Below, in pieces: positions 38,901 through 51,914 of a stretch of 64,000 nt of DNA. The position numbers and the translations under genes are program-made. How positions within the stretch are numbered: the first letter of the stretch is position 1; each line of letters starts with the position of its first letter. The DNA comes from Botryllus schlosseri. Its lineage: Eukaryota. A model generated the notes under the pieces. It did not search any database and was not told the origin of the DNA. It was given only the letters and a program-made list of their open reading frames with translations. The stretch lies in contig CM119372.1 in assembly GCA_051294905.1 (NCBI GenBank), positions 1,488,001-1,552,000 of the forward strand, read 5' to 3'.

Positions 38901-41900
38901 TATGACACGAACCGTACTGCAGGTTTGTAGTAGGCCTATTTCTCATCGACATCAATTTGGCGGAGGTGATCAAAGTAGTCGTAAATCACTACGGAATATC
39001 ATTTCTATTATTATTAATCGTGAGTTTCAAGTGTGCGCAACCGAAAAGAATGTTTTTCTAGGATTCCCTTTCCATGCTATATGTCAGTGATTGAAAATAA
39101 TTATCAACCTAAATATGCTTGTTACAAGAAATGATACACTCCGCGGCAGAGTTATTGGATTAGTCAGTATGTAAGCCTTATGTCGAGCGTCATGTAAGCG
39201 TCGGCAAGGAATGTCCGTGGAAAAGTCATATTTTTGACAATGCAGCAGTTTATGACCAACTGTTTCGGGCACGTAACTCACGACAAAGAGTGGCAGCTAA
39301 TTCTGAATAAGTGTGATGCTAGTTTGCGACGTGCGGATTGGTAAAAATACTCAAGCGGAAGTAGAAACGTAGTACTCAAGCTGTTCGAAAGTTGTGGAAG
39401 TGTACTGTTGAAATTACAAGATTTATCTTCGCTATTGACAAAAAATATCTAGTTACACTCAGACATGGGGTAATCCCGATTAAAGTGATCGTAAAAAATT
39501 AAGACGATTACAGAATTTTGGAGTAATCGTAATCGCAATCGATTTAATTCGAAAAAATTCCGAAGTAATCGTAATCGTAATCGACTACTTCCCATATCTA
39601 ATCGATTTCGTTGTGAAAGAACGATTACTTTTTATTTCTACAATTGGGTAAATAATTATATGCATGATTGAAGTGTATTTATGAACAAGATATCCGTGAA
39701 CGTGTCCAATTATGATAAATCTAATACCCCGAGATACAATTCTGTTGATGTATTTTGGTTTAAAACAGTCTTCAGCGTGTCAAAATAACAAGTAGATTGA
39801 ATTTCTGAACTTCATAGTACGACTGTGCCGATTTTTTACCCAGCTCATACAGCGGAAATATGAGATTTTTGTCACAACAGCTCCATGGATTATCTCCCAA
39901 AATAGAGCCAATTCGAAAAAACCAAGGTCATATCCGGAATCAGGGCCCTTCAGAACCCCCAAAACCTCTCTTACTTTGTCTGCCTAAAGATATGTGCAAT
40001 CGACACATACCCAATGTTTCGGCAAAGGTCTTTCTTTGGTAACATACATCGCGAAGTCGCATATTGGCCGAACCTTCATATGTCTTTTGGTGTGTCGTTG
40101 CGTGGTAATGACCGGGACCGAATTGCCTATTCCGGTTTTTTTTTGAGAGAGAGGGAGAGGTATAAATGCACTTCGAAATCAAGCTATCTAGAGACATTAA
40201 ATTATGAAGCTCCAAGAAAATTTTAAAGCTTATGAAATCTCTCGATAATAATATTTACGTTGATTTACGAAAAACTTCTGAGTCCCCTTCGAGCTCGTTC
40301 CCCACTTCATTGAGCTGGGGGTACGGAAGCCACGAACCTGGCAAAAACGCAAATCGTAGGGTGCGATAAATCGTCCTCTATAATGTTGGGCAGGGGATAC
40401 ATTATGACGTAACAAGCAAATGACGTATCATTTATAAATAAATTTTCATCTCATTATGCGTATTCAGCTCAATCCACATATTATCTTTACTCTCGTAAGA
40501 TTAGATCTAAGAAGCAAAATAAATGTAAACGTGAGTAATCGACTACTTCCTGATATTGCTGTAATCGTAATGGTAATTGAAATCGCGTAATTCAGAAGTA
40601 ATTGTAATCGCAATCGATTACATACATGAAGTAGGCTAATCACCCCCATGTCTGTACAAATTGATGCAATCTTCGGAAAGGTATTTCATGCGTTTATATA
40701 ACAATTCCCCAACTAAAAATGATTAAAACCTGTCCCAAAACTATTTTCTACGTTTGAAAATTCAAATTCTAGAACTTTTGTAATTTAACCAAAAAAGTAT
40801 AAGTGGATTTTATCTGGAAGCAGGAGCACGTGGGGCAGTAGCCGTCTGTAAGTAGCCAGTTACTACTTGATTACATGGTTACCGACCATCTCTTAAATTT
40901 ACCGAGAATACCTTGTGTGCCGCGGCATCTGCAAACAAGTATAAAAGATGTGTTCAGAAATATTCGTATACAATTGGTCTCGTATGATGATATTTCACGA
41001 TTACAGAAGCCGATACGTTCGACCCCGTGATTTGGTGCTTCGTTGCGATTGGCTCGTACGTGACTTTGGTAGCAATAATCTTTATCGTCCTTCTATTATG
41101 TGGCATTGAAAAGAAGATTTTCCACGATCAAAGGAAGGAGATAGGTATGACGCTCATTTCACATTGTGGCATTATTTCATCAAATGTAACATTTGAAGAT
41201 TTGACGATTTACCGTACATGTTGATTTAGCACAAGGGTGCAAACCCAAATGACGTCGCCTGATTCAAACCTTCAGATAGCTTGCGGGCCGCACCAGTCAA
41301 ATGATTGCAGAATAGTACCTCAAAATCAACGTCCTTGTTTTTCATATGAATACTTTATTATCAAGCATACACAATAGTATATTACATCATATCATGGATC
41401 AGAGGGGTTTAATTCTAGCAACACATTTATTCGCAAACAATGAAATTGGCAATGGTGCGAGGATTGGGTGGATAACTACAGTTATAAACCGATAGAACAC
41501 TGACTCTAACGATGATATACATTGGCATATTCCTCTACTGCCTTTATGTTGATCGTATAAAGGCGTCAAACCTGCGAATGCGTTGTAAGGAATGAAAGGG
41601 TTTTAGCTGTAAACGCGAACACCGGAACTATCTTCTAGTTCATTGATATAATATCGCGATTCGGGTGACTCAGAAGGCAAGCATTAGTGCGACCACAGAT
41701 ATTTCAGTTTATTCTCTATGTAACCTGCATATAAGGGTTTCGGATTGGCGTTTTCGCTTTTGTGAATTACTCGTTTTGTATTATCAATTTGTCAAAAAAC
41801 TCTGATTTCATTATGCAACTCATTGCGTTATCGTAATTTGGAGTCAATGTCAGCGACTTGTTCCTAATGGAGACTAGAAACCGCAACTCCGCAATCTGGT

Positions 41901-44900
41901 GGTTATAATGTGATCTATGAACATACTCGACATTTGCTGTCTTGGGGGTTATTTAATTGAACTATATTTCTGGTTAAAAACCTCAACGTTTGTCAGAAAT
42001 GTGCTGAATAATACACGCATTTTTCTATCTACTCCAAATTGCTTCGCGCAAGCCGCATGTTTGACAGCCCTGATGTAGCCAATCCGTTCCGGCCATGACA
42101 TGGTAATTACTATTTCAGAGCACACTTGAAAACATGGATATAATTGTAGTAATCCTATGAGACTAATTAGCGCGAAATGTCGGAAATATAGAATTGATCT
42201 AGTTTAGGGTTGCCATATTTCTATGACACAAATTCCGGACACTGTTTAGCGCCCACTAGAGGATTTCAAAATGAGTTATGACGTCACACTAGCAAAGCTT
42301 TGCTCATAGACCAGAGGTGGTTACGATCCGGTTCAGGAGTATGTATGTGGCTATGTGTTGTTTAACCGGGACTCAAACCACATTTTTCAGCCCCTTCCCA
42401 CCCAAATAAACAATTATTTTTAGCCCATCATAGGTTAATCGATGCAACTTCTGGGGGGATGGGGGGAGGGTTGCTATATAATTCTTGTTTGTATATGCAT
42501 CTGGTCGTTAGATTTTTTGAATGAATTATGTCAATAATATTGATTGTTCCATATATTCCTATATAGCTACTATAGTTACTATACTCTCCGCCCACATGAT
42601 CAGAGTTAGTGGTAGAGCTGGCGGAGGATGATGAGTTCAAAAATACAGGGAGCGTAATTGTACATCGGTAAGTCATATTCATAAGATTGTTTATCAGCCT
42701 TATGCCGGTGCGCACCACGGAGCGTTATAAACACCCCATATCCAGTGGTTTCCAACCATTTATGGTCATGACTCCATGTCCAATTTGAAAATGTTCCGTG
42801 GCGCGGATCAAAATTTGACGAGCTGATAACTAAAAGAAGTCAGCACCTTCGCCCAGACTTACTCACGGGCTATTTTGAAAACGTTCATCATATTCGCGAA
42901 CGCCAGAATAAAGGCAAACGACCGCCAAGTTTGGAACCACTATCATTGAATATAGCATTCAAACGACCTTTACGACCTCTAGGAGAATAATGTTCTCCTA
43001 TGTTGCGATTACAATTAGGCTTATTCCAGTAAATTAAGGTTGTTTTTATTTATATTTTATTGCACTTTTTGCGAGGGTGGAAGTCCCCATCTTAAAACCA
43101 ATATATGTGATAGTAAATCGCTCGCAGCGCGAAGAAAAATATCATGCATCAGCATAAATATTCCCAAGAATAATGTTTTCATGTTAATTTACGAAAAAAT
43201 TATGAGCCAACGTCAAGTCTTCAAAATTCCGGACACTAAACATATTTTAGAAATTCCTCCCGGACGCAAGTTTGAACAGTGAAATTCCGGACATGTCCGG
43301 AAAATTCCGGACGTATGGCAACCCTAATCTAGTTAGTAAAATGCATCAATGCTCTTATTTCAATTCCAATCAAATTTCTTCTTTTTTCGAAAAATGCTAC
43401 AGGAGAACTGTATAGTGGGACACGAGCCAAACTTGATGTGCATACATTTGCTATTCCAATGCCGATGACAATGAACTTTGATTTGATATGAACTGAACTT
43501 GGTTTATGTTGTACTTCTTTTAATTCGGATTTTGATTCAATTTTCCAGTTTTGGCGAATTCAGCAATTCTAATTCTAAATCCTATCTAATCTGGAAAATC
43601 GGAAAATGTTACATTTCATCAACTCTCTTTCAGCGGTCAAACAAGAGCGACCAATCAAGGAAGTTTGGGTGTTCTTCATACTCGTTTTCATGTATATGTT
43701 CTGCGTATCAAACCTGATGGTTTTTCAATCCTTCATTTACTCTACAGCAGTATGTTCAACGTTGAAGATGAATGTGAGTTCCAGGCTGCATGTCATACAT
43801 AATGTGTGCTTTATGTAAAGCATTTTCGTCGTTATATATCAGTGACTCTTAAACTTTTTACACTGCGACCCAATTCTGAATTTTAATTGCATCCCGCGAA
43901 CCAAGCCTCACACAGCAAAGAGAATGCACTTTTAACACTAGAATATGCTAGAACGAGCAGACAACAGCTGTATGCAACGCAAAGATGTCTGACGCACGCG
44001 ATGTTAAATTTGGGTGCATTGTCTTCCGCTGGGGGTCGCACTTGTACTGCATTTATACCTCCGTCTACTCAGACAGCAAGGGGATATTCTGTGTAAAATA
44101 TTTTGACGAACGGACAAATCAATCTCGAAGGTTTTGGCCAACCAGCGACGCTCAATTTGCACCTAGATTTTATCGTAGCCGATCATTTTAGAACCACACT
44201 CTGCCCAGCCGTATGTTGGCCAGAACGTCATGTCTTCAAGATTCCCGGCGCGGATATGGTTCGCCTCGAAATGCATGTGTATGATATCACGGTGGCCTAT
44301 CCGTTTATTGCACACCCCTACACTAAGACACACCATTGGACTTCGACAGTGTTTTCTATAGAGAATCTAATATCGGACAAAATTACAATCCAATCCAATT
44401 TTACCGATTCACATGAAATCACGCGAATAATTCTTTTTCTTGCAAGAAATTCAATAAATATTACATGCCGGTACATATTGAAAGATCTGATTGGTGCCGT
44501 CGCGACCCAAAATTATACCCTTCGCGACCAGTACTTTAAGACCCCCTGGTATATTATATATAATCCGATTGTGGTATCCAGTGGATATTTGTAATAACAT
44601 TTGTTGTCTAATTCAGTGCTTTTCAACCTGTGTGACGGTTCGCACTTGTGCGAATGAAAAAATTTACAGTGCGAATGACGAAGGTGGTGCGAATAGTGCG
44701 AATGAAAATCCGGATCAAGTGCGAATGGAACTCGTGAATAATTGTTTACTTTTCTGACGTGGAATAATTCAAATAAACCTAATAGGAAATTTAAGATCAG
44801 TGTAACTTTTGTAGTTGCGACGCAATTGTAAAAACTTAATACGACGCACCACTTATCGTAGCTCTCACAAGCCGTAGTGAATTAATATTCCCGCACTCTA

Positions 44901-47900
44901 ATTATTACGTAGCCAAAAGCCTGGTTTGGAGCTGGTGTAGTGGCGGTATAGAGATCTATACAATCTCTATAGTGGCAGACATACAGTACATCAGTCCGTC
45001 TGAGCCTGCGACAGGCTGGAAAAATGACGTCAAATTGACTTTCTGCTTTCTTTCGCTAAACAATCATATTTTCGTGATAACTGTTCGATTTGCGCGAGGC
45101 ACGAGGATAGTAGTAAATACCAGCATTACAGACTCATATTTGCAAGTTACTGTAACGCAAATTTTTACCCGTTCAAGGGTTATTAAGGTATGGACCGCAA
45201 AGGGTATAATTTTGGGTCTACACGGTGCCAGAGCTATCTGTTAATATGTATGTAATATTTATTGAATTTATTGCAAAATAATCTGCAATCGTTTCTACAT
45301 ATCGTAGCCAATAAGCGAGACACGCATTAAATGTGGCTTTATCATGAGAATTCATGATAAGATTTGTTCGACTGTTTTTTTTTCTGGAAAACATGGTCGA
45401 AGACCGTTGGGATGAACTAGTGTAGGGGTGTGCAACAGGCGAGTTCAGGCCTATGAGACTCATTCATTTCGAGGCCAACCCCTTCTGCGTCGGGGCACGT
45501 GAAAACGTAAAGTTTTGGCGAACAAACCGCTGATAAAATGCGGTGCCAAAGCCAAAAACATAAGCGGCGACAAAACCTCGGTCTAAAAATTACCGATGTT
45601 GGATGGCCAAACCTTTCGAGACGGATTGAATATGCTCCGTTGTCTGCACGGAATAGTCCCGTTCTTGTAATCGGAGTAGACAGTGGTACAACTGCGATAC
45701 GCAGAGTAGTTCAATTCGCCCTAATTTGAAATCCGTGCGTCAGACATGTTTTGTAGAGCTGTGTGGGGTAGAATTGTGGTGTGCGCGTTCTGTATGTCAT
45801 ACATGACCGTAAAATCGTAGCATACAACTGTAATATTAAAAATAAATTCCTTTTCATAGGTGAGGCTCGGGTCGCGTGATGTCACAAAAACTCAGATTTT
45901 GGTGGTAGTCTAAAAGCTGCTTTACCGTTATTAAACGGTCATAAATTCTCAATTTAGATTGAGCTAAAGAGTAGACACACAGTATCGTGAGTTATTTGCT
46001 CTTCTCATAAACTTGCGAGACAGAAATTGGAGCAACGTATACTCAGGCAGCGAGCTCTAATGTGCCTACTCTCCTTGGTCGTTTTGCACCTTATGTTCCA
46101 AAGAAATAAAGCAAAAGCCTCAACACAATCATGTGGGTTTTTCATCCTTTCGACAGACTGGAGCCTCGCGGGACCTTTGTGTCAGCTCTCAAATACGATT
46201 TCTGCCAGCAAGCATTTTTCACTCGCGAAAAATACGCTGTATTTTGGATAGGAGTGCAGAACAGATTTTAAGACCTGGCCATCCAAGCACTAGTACACGT
46301 TTTTGTACAAATTCCCAACAACATTGATTGGCCGAAAAGGGTTTTAGTGAAATAATTGGAAGCAAAACGAGCGAAAAAAGTTGCCTTCTTTTTGAGACAC
46401 TTGATAGCTTAAGCTACATAATAGCCAATTTCTTGCACATCTGAACAAAATGTTGTCAAGTAGGCCTATCTTCATCTACTTTTTGTATAACAATTTTCGA
46501 TTAGTTTGTGCGAATGAAATTTATTTCACAAAAAAAGTGCGAACGGAGCACAAAAAGGTTGAAAAGCACTGGTCTAATTTATTTCGTCGAAATTTCTTTG
46601 ACATGGCGATTACGATATTAGCATTATTATCATTTCAACTTGGTTTTCTCAATAAAGTTGTCAAAATTTCGAGCAGATATGAGTAATAACATATCCCATA
46701 AATTAGTAGTTTTTTGATTGACACACAATTGGCGCTTTTAACAACTAGGGTCATATGCACCCGCGCAGTAAACTTCATAAGGTCCTTTTTACGCTAGTCT
46801 TGCGTCCTTTCCCTGGTCTTATGGCTGCCATGTTTCAAAAGTTCGGCTCTCTCTTGCTCTGGGCTTTTCAAGGCGCTGCATTTACAGCGGGATCAGCGAT
46901 GAGGAGCCCAGATAAACCTCCGACACATAGAAACATGGGAGAGCCGAGACTATAAATTAGTAGTGGATTTCACATTAGTATATAGAAACCCCATCTGAAG
47001 ACGGAAACAAGTATATTAAGCGTGACTATATTCTTGTCATAGGCATGCCCGGAGCACGATGTTAGGTCATGGCGAACGGAAATAATTTTCCACCATAAAT
47101 GCTATTATTTTATGAGCTGTCGAAATTTCAAATTGGAAATGATCACTTATTGGCCTTGATGCTGCTTAACTATGTAGTTTGTTTCCTAGCATATAAATGT
47201 CTACATGGAACAGAAAAATGAGATATGTACGAATTATGTTTTTAATCACTAAGCCAGTGAAACTATCTCTCTGAACAGTACACGCACTCGTCCGGGTTAT
47301 AATTCCAGGTGCAAAAAGCCTCGTTTCTCAACTCGCTATATTGGATCGGGAATATAGTCGGCAGTGTTTCGGGTGTACTCATGACGCATTATTTCAAGCC
47401 AAATCTGATCATTGTATTGGATTTGGCTGGGACAAGTGCATCAGCGGTAACAAGACTTGAATTATTATGCTCAAATGATAGATTAAAACTTTCACCCTGA
47501 CAAGATATATCGAAATCCATTTCTAAGATAAGGGTGTATTTACATACCCTAAACGCAGAACGATATTGGATATTCGGTTTATTGACTGTCAAATAAATCT
47601 TTTGTGTTAACAGTTGGTCCTATGCTGGCCATTACGGCGACGTTTGGTTGCAAATTCCTCCATCACATTTCTCCTTTACATAAATATGAGATCAACACTG
47701 CCATCCCAGCTTTTCAGTCAATAAAGATCGCTTACATTTAATTGAGGTCACAAATATGTAGCATACAGTATACCCGCTGATTAGCATATTCAGCAACTTA
47801 CTTCAATAACCCATGGCTCAAATCGTGTTAGTACATGCAACGTTGGAGTGGGTTGAGTAATAACATCACGTTCGACGAGAGGTAGTGCGTTCTGATATGC

Positions 47901-48601
47901 ATTTGTGTTCGCACATTATGTGGAGCGACTGAAACTGAAATATTTCGTAAATTGTCTTGACTCCATTCACTTTACAAATTCGCGTGACTTGACTCGAAAA
48001 AACTGAAATGACTTGACGGTGATGACTTCAGCCCGCCACCGATGTTTTGATGTTATAAATTTTGAAATACCAATTCTTTTCAATCTTAACTAACTCATTT
48101 ATGATTTTAGATAATTATGAGTATTTGGGGAGAAGAGAACGAAGTGGTGATGTGGATATTCACATTTTTGTTTGGCTACTTCATGGCTACTGTACGACCA
48201 AGCGGTAACGTTTGAAATTACATTGATAACTATGTTTTTGCACCAGGGTTGTGCAATAACATAGCACCGCGATAGTGAGCTTAAAGTTTTCACGTTTTAG
48301 GCATGGTCTGGTCCAACCAAGTGACAAACATGACAGGAAAGTATATGTTTATATTCTTGGCTGGGTCGGGGGCTGGCACGTCTCTGATGACTCAAGTTAC
48401 TGGGGACTTGTTTCAGATAAATCCATTTTCAATGGTGAGATGACGAGTGTTTCTGCATGTACAAAACTATGATGAGTCTCTATATCAATATTCAAACTTT
48501 TCTCCTTGAAACAGGTGTACGTGGTAGCCGGAGTATCTTTGTTCCACATTCTAGTTTTTTTATTGATGGCCGCCTACAGAAGATACTACTTGCAAAAATA
48601 G
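29964..48601 (+). CDS. MFSD4: MFSD4/NaGLT1-like (sodium-dependent glucose transporter 1-like) MFS transporter, copy C, 12 exons, ~448 aa
   Basis: Exons 29964-29994 (tentative first exon MHEKKTLLDN), 31572-31654, 34197-34374, 34776-34892, 38391-38498, 38824-38922, 41007-41144, 43634-43773, 47309-47446, 48111-48204, 48301-48434 and 48515-48601. All introns are GT-AG and the phases join into one 1347-nt open frame. Family-typical motifs: GLFISITGPTL, HW..ATARPFVQ..NAFF..GAFLAPVIAKPFL, FIYSTAVCS.LKM, KAS.LNSLYW. About 12 TM segments. Confidence 0.88.
30135..31167. mobile_element. hAT (Charlie/Buster-like) MITE with a nested MITE (~30250-30781)
   Basis: TIR CAGCGGTTCTCAACC...GGTTGAGAACCCCTG, perfect TSD ATTTAGGT. 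Lies in intron 1 of copy C. Confidence 0.85.
32830..33535 (+). mobile_element. Penelope-like retroelement remnant (GIY-YIG fossil plus inverted pseudo-LTR)
   Basis: 33056-~33375 (+) translates to SRSSNVVYLIRCRKRCTNAW*VGETSQPLH*RVNGRRHDM...QPVGDNFSFAGHSENDMTIDVL...RKPTEQTYIDKFDT..GLN, the PLE GIY-YIG pattern. The inverted terminal segment (~32830-33050) carries a hammerhead motif. Confidence 0.85.
32891..32927 (-). ncRNA. Minimal type I hammerhead ribozyme
   Basis: Minus strand reads ACAC-CUGAUGA-A-GGAGC(GGC)GCUCC-GAAA-GC-UC^GUGU. Stem I is ACAC/GUGU, stem II is 5 bp, and stem III is a minimal palindromic AGCU. Confidence 0.8.
34953..35239 (+). mobile_element. tRNA-derived SINE
   Basis: GGCGAGATAGCGCGGTGG A-box, GGGTTCCAGTCC B-box, core GGTTTATCTAGACTCGTC and (CAAA)n tail. 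Homolog at 12041-12327. Confidence 0.78.
36460..37902. mobile_element. DNA transposon relic with long (~160-bp) imperfect TIRs, EnSpm/CACTA-like, with a degraded internal ORF on the minus strand
   Basis: ~36460-36632 is the reverse complement of ~37748-37902 (e.g. GAGGATGGTGAAAGT.TCCATATCAATATAAATCA). Superfamily assignment is tentative. Confidence 0.6.
38528..38553. repeat. (GA)n microsatellite
   Basis: Direct read, in an intron of copy C. Confidence 0.9.
39460..40654. mobile_element. MITE with GTAATC/GATTAC subterminal repeats
   Basis: TIR CAGACATGGGG...CCCCATGTCTG; the same end occurs at ~2480-2655. No clean TSD. Confidence 0.72.
41232..42072. mobile_element. hAT (Charlie/Buster-like) MITE, shared with the homologous intron of copy D
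   Basis: CAAGGGTGCAAAC...GTTTGACAGCCCTG with degenerate TSD ATTTAGCA/ATGTAGCC. Homologous to ~62910-63575 (-). Confidence 0.65.
42205..43326. mobile_element. hAT MITE (TAGGGTTGCCA family)
   Basis: TIR TAGGGTTGCCATA...TATGGCAACCCTA, perfect TSD ATCTAGTT. Absent at the equivalent positions of copies A and D. Confidence 0.88.
44614..46571. mobile_element. Non-autonomous hAT (Charlie/Buster-like) element
   Basis: TIR CAGTGCTTTTCAACC...GGTTGAAAAGCACTG, perfect TSD GTCTAATT and GTGCGAA subterminal repeats. Empty site in copies A and D. Confidence 0.88.
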
Positions 48602-49835
48602 CAATTTCCGACGGAACGCAGAAAACTATGCACCTGAATACGAGATTCGTAGATTAATTGAAGCTTCCAACTGATGTCTTGGAACATCGCCTGGAAATTG
48701 ATTCGTGGATGACAGTTCGCTCGCACTGGTAATTTTATATTACCGATGACTCCGTATATGTTTGTGATCTAATAGGAAATTACGCACGAAGACATTTGGA
48801 GCGTAAGCTAATATTCGTGATGCGTTCATATACAGCTAATGCCTTCATCCATAGACGTGGGGCCTATATCAACAGTTATCAGCAGATCTTGTACAAGAAC
48901 AGGGATTGATATCCACTTCCGTAGTCGTTTAGACTTTAGATTTTTAGAGTCAGATTTACAAATATGACCCAAAATTGCGTGCGGCTGATTCAGTTAGCGA
49001 CTTGTTTCCTATCAAATCAGCACTCTTTACACGGTTACGCAAGAAGCTACCATAGCAGTGGTTCTCATCCGGGGCTCCGCGGACCCCTGGGGGTCCGTGA
49101 AGCATTTTCAGGGGTTCCACGAAGCCTCTAAATTTGTGAAATGATTGACAACCTAATTTTTATTTATTCTTTATTTAGGAAACACGTGAGCCAGTTTCGC
49201 TCCATAGTTGCTGTAACTTTACGACTCACATCATTCATATGGTCCCGTGATACGAAACATCCGACTGTGCAAACTAATTTCAATTGTAAAATTGCCAATA
49301 GCCTGCTGGTGCAAACATATTACTGTTTAGAGATGTTTTGTTGGGGTTTGTTGAAAAATAAAATGTTGGAGATAGCAAAACCAAACAGGGTGACTTCGAG
49401 ATTCTTGCAAAACATTTTGGATTTGGAGTTATCAGTCTCTGCAAATTAGTAAACAGTCGTTTGAAATAGAAATTCCATAAATTTTTTCGTAATCTGTCCC
49501 AATGAAGGAATCTAAACCTCGCGACGAAATCCATTTTCTTCTGTGATACAACCATTAATTAACTTCAATATGAGATGCTTGATAGAAATGACTAGTTAGA
49601 AAAACGAGAGAACTGTAGCGTTGACACGGAGATAGCGAAACAAAACAAGTTAATGCGCTATTTTCAAATTATACATCAATTCTTTCTGTTGGCATAGGCT
49701 AGGTTTACTCATAATGATGATGGTGTACTCAAGAACAGACAAATGAAATATATTGCGACTCTTAGCCAATATATATAACATTTCCCCCTGATAATTAGCA
49801 GCACATGTATGATTTTCGAGTATGTATGTATGTAT

Positions 49836-50786
49836 TAGGGATGGTGTGAACCTCTGAAAGGTTCAGGTTCGTGTGAACGCGAACCTTTTTAAAAGGTTCT
49901 GTGTGAACGCGAACGTGAACCTCATGACGTCATAATGCTAATTCCAACCCTAGATTTCAGTGAGTTGATATATTAATGAGAACAATAGGCTACTTAGCGA
50001 CAACTCGAACCACATTATGCCACAATGCAGGAGTAGGCTACATACTGACTTTTTAACCGTCACCAAATGTACCAAGTGGGGCAATCAAATGATATAATAA
50101 TCCGATAAAATCAATATTTTCCGTCACTTTGCCAAGAATTTCGACGAGGACTTGCGGGAAAATCTAAGCTTACGCCCTAACGGTATAGGCCAGACCTGAC
50201 AATGTATTCGGCACCTGAGGATTGGCACATTGATATTGAGCAGAGTGTAAAACGGGGTCCTATACTTGCTATATTACCCCATTAACAAGTTATACAGCAG
50301 TAGCCAGCATCTCAGTCGCGCGGATTTGGTTCTAATGATACAGTAAACATGACAAGTCTAGATTTTTTACATCAGAAAACGATATTAATCTCCTGGATTG
50401 GTTGAGTAAGCATCATTCGATGAATACCTGTAGTGTATTTCGCTCGTGATGTTGTGTGTTTGCGGATCAAGGTCACAGCAGATAGTCACTAAATATTGAC
50501 AAACGGAAAGCTGGATATTTCGAGCAAACTTTTGTAACAAAGCAAGTAAAATTTTTGAGATTGTCAAGGTGCATGCTCGTTTAATGTTGCTTTTTTATGC
50601 TGCCAGCGCTATGCACAGAGTGGCCCGAGTTGAAATGCGAAAACTTTGAATGAAGTGAGAATTATAATACATGAAAAAGGTTCACATTGCAGAACCTACC
50701 AAGGTTCTGTTGTGAACGCGAACCTCTAAATTTCGGAGGTTCACACACAGAACACGAACGTGAACCTCACGTTCACACCATCCCTA
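49836..50786. mobile_element. hAT MITE (TAGGGATGGTGTGAAC TIR)
   Basis: Matching TIRs and GTGAAC subterminal repeats; inserted in a (TGTA)n tract duplicated on both sides. Confidence 0.85.
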
Positions 50787-50882
50787 TGTATGTATAATTG
50801 GAAATGGTGCGTATAACTGCAAATGGTTTTTTGCACCATGCCACTTCAAAATCAAAAGTTCTATACTATAGCATATCTAGTG

Positions 50883-51120
50883 TCATACTTCTCTACCAGA
50901 TAATATGACAAATTCAATTACTGGTGCACTGGTATAAGGGCTAGAGAGTAATAGTTCAATTTCCATTGGTACGTCATGATACCGCGCATTGTCCTGCAAA
51001 TGTTGTCGATGTCGATCGTACTTTCTACATTCAAGTAGAAAGTGGGCTACCGTCTCGGGTACTTGGCAATCTTCGCATAATTTTCGAGTAAATGTTTGCC
51101 GATAGAAGTAAGGACTATAG
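50883..51120 (-). pseudogene. Non-LTR retrotransposon ORF2 C-terminal zinc-knuckle fragment
   Basis: CEDCQVPETVAHFLLECRKYDRHR matches the Cx2C..ET..HFL..C..Y motif of I/R1-group LINEs. Confidence 0.75.
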
Positions 51121-51914
51121 GCTGGACGTGATATGTTCATTGAAAATTCACACCCACAGCTGCCGTCGGAAGCGTTGCGCGTTAATATTACTTTGGCCTA
51201 AGTGTGGAAATGGATTTTCGACACTCGTTCATATCAAATCAAAGACGCGGATTTTCAAGACCATAAATACAGCTGGAAAATTCCCTTCGAAATAATAAAA
51301 GTTTACCCAATATCTACATATAGCGTGCTCTAATTTTCCAGTAAAGTCATTGTGTGCTTGTTTATCACTAGCACGCAATTAATATTGACATAAGACAGAT
51401 GATGGTTACACGATAATTGAGCTAATTTTGAACTACAACTTGAGAGGGTCCGTGACGGTCTAAAAGGGGTCCGCGAAGACAAAAAGGTTAAGAACCACTG
51501 CACTATAGGCTAGGTGGGTGTCTGATTCCATATACTAGTCCAAGTCGCTTCGACATCTTCCTGTCTTTTCATTGTATCGCATTTTTGTGGTGTATTGAAC
51601 TGATAAAAATTGCTAATAAACCAATGATGATGATATCCACAATGGAAGGAACATGGAAAATACAGAACATGTAGCCTACATCATTATGGCAATGTATTTG
51701 CTCTGCACTACATGTTGACTACATGTCGCTACTACAAGATCCATACTACACTGTCGGTTTGTGCAGTCGATAGCGCATTGTATAACTGCGTTGGGATTGT
51801 CGGATTGAAAGCTAACAGTATGTGAGGCAGATCCATCGGTGTCTCACATGGTCATTTTAGTCTCTTTATGCGCTGTCATTGTACATAACAATGTCGAATT
51901 TTGCGTTACTTTAC

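Noticed and set aside
44103..44594. 163-aa ORF in an intron of copy C (likewise 60935-61411, 26975-27382, 6456-6851)
   Set aside because: The frame is not preserved in paralogous or repeat copies, and the ORFs cross repeat boundaries; chance ORFs.
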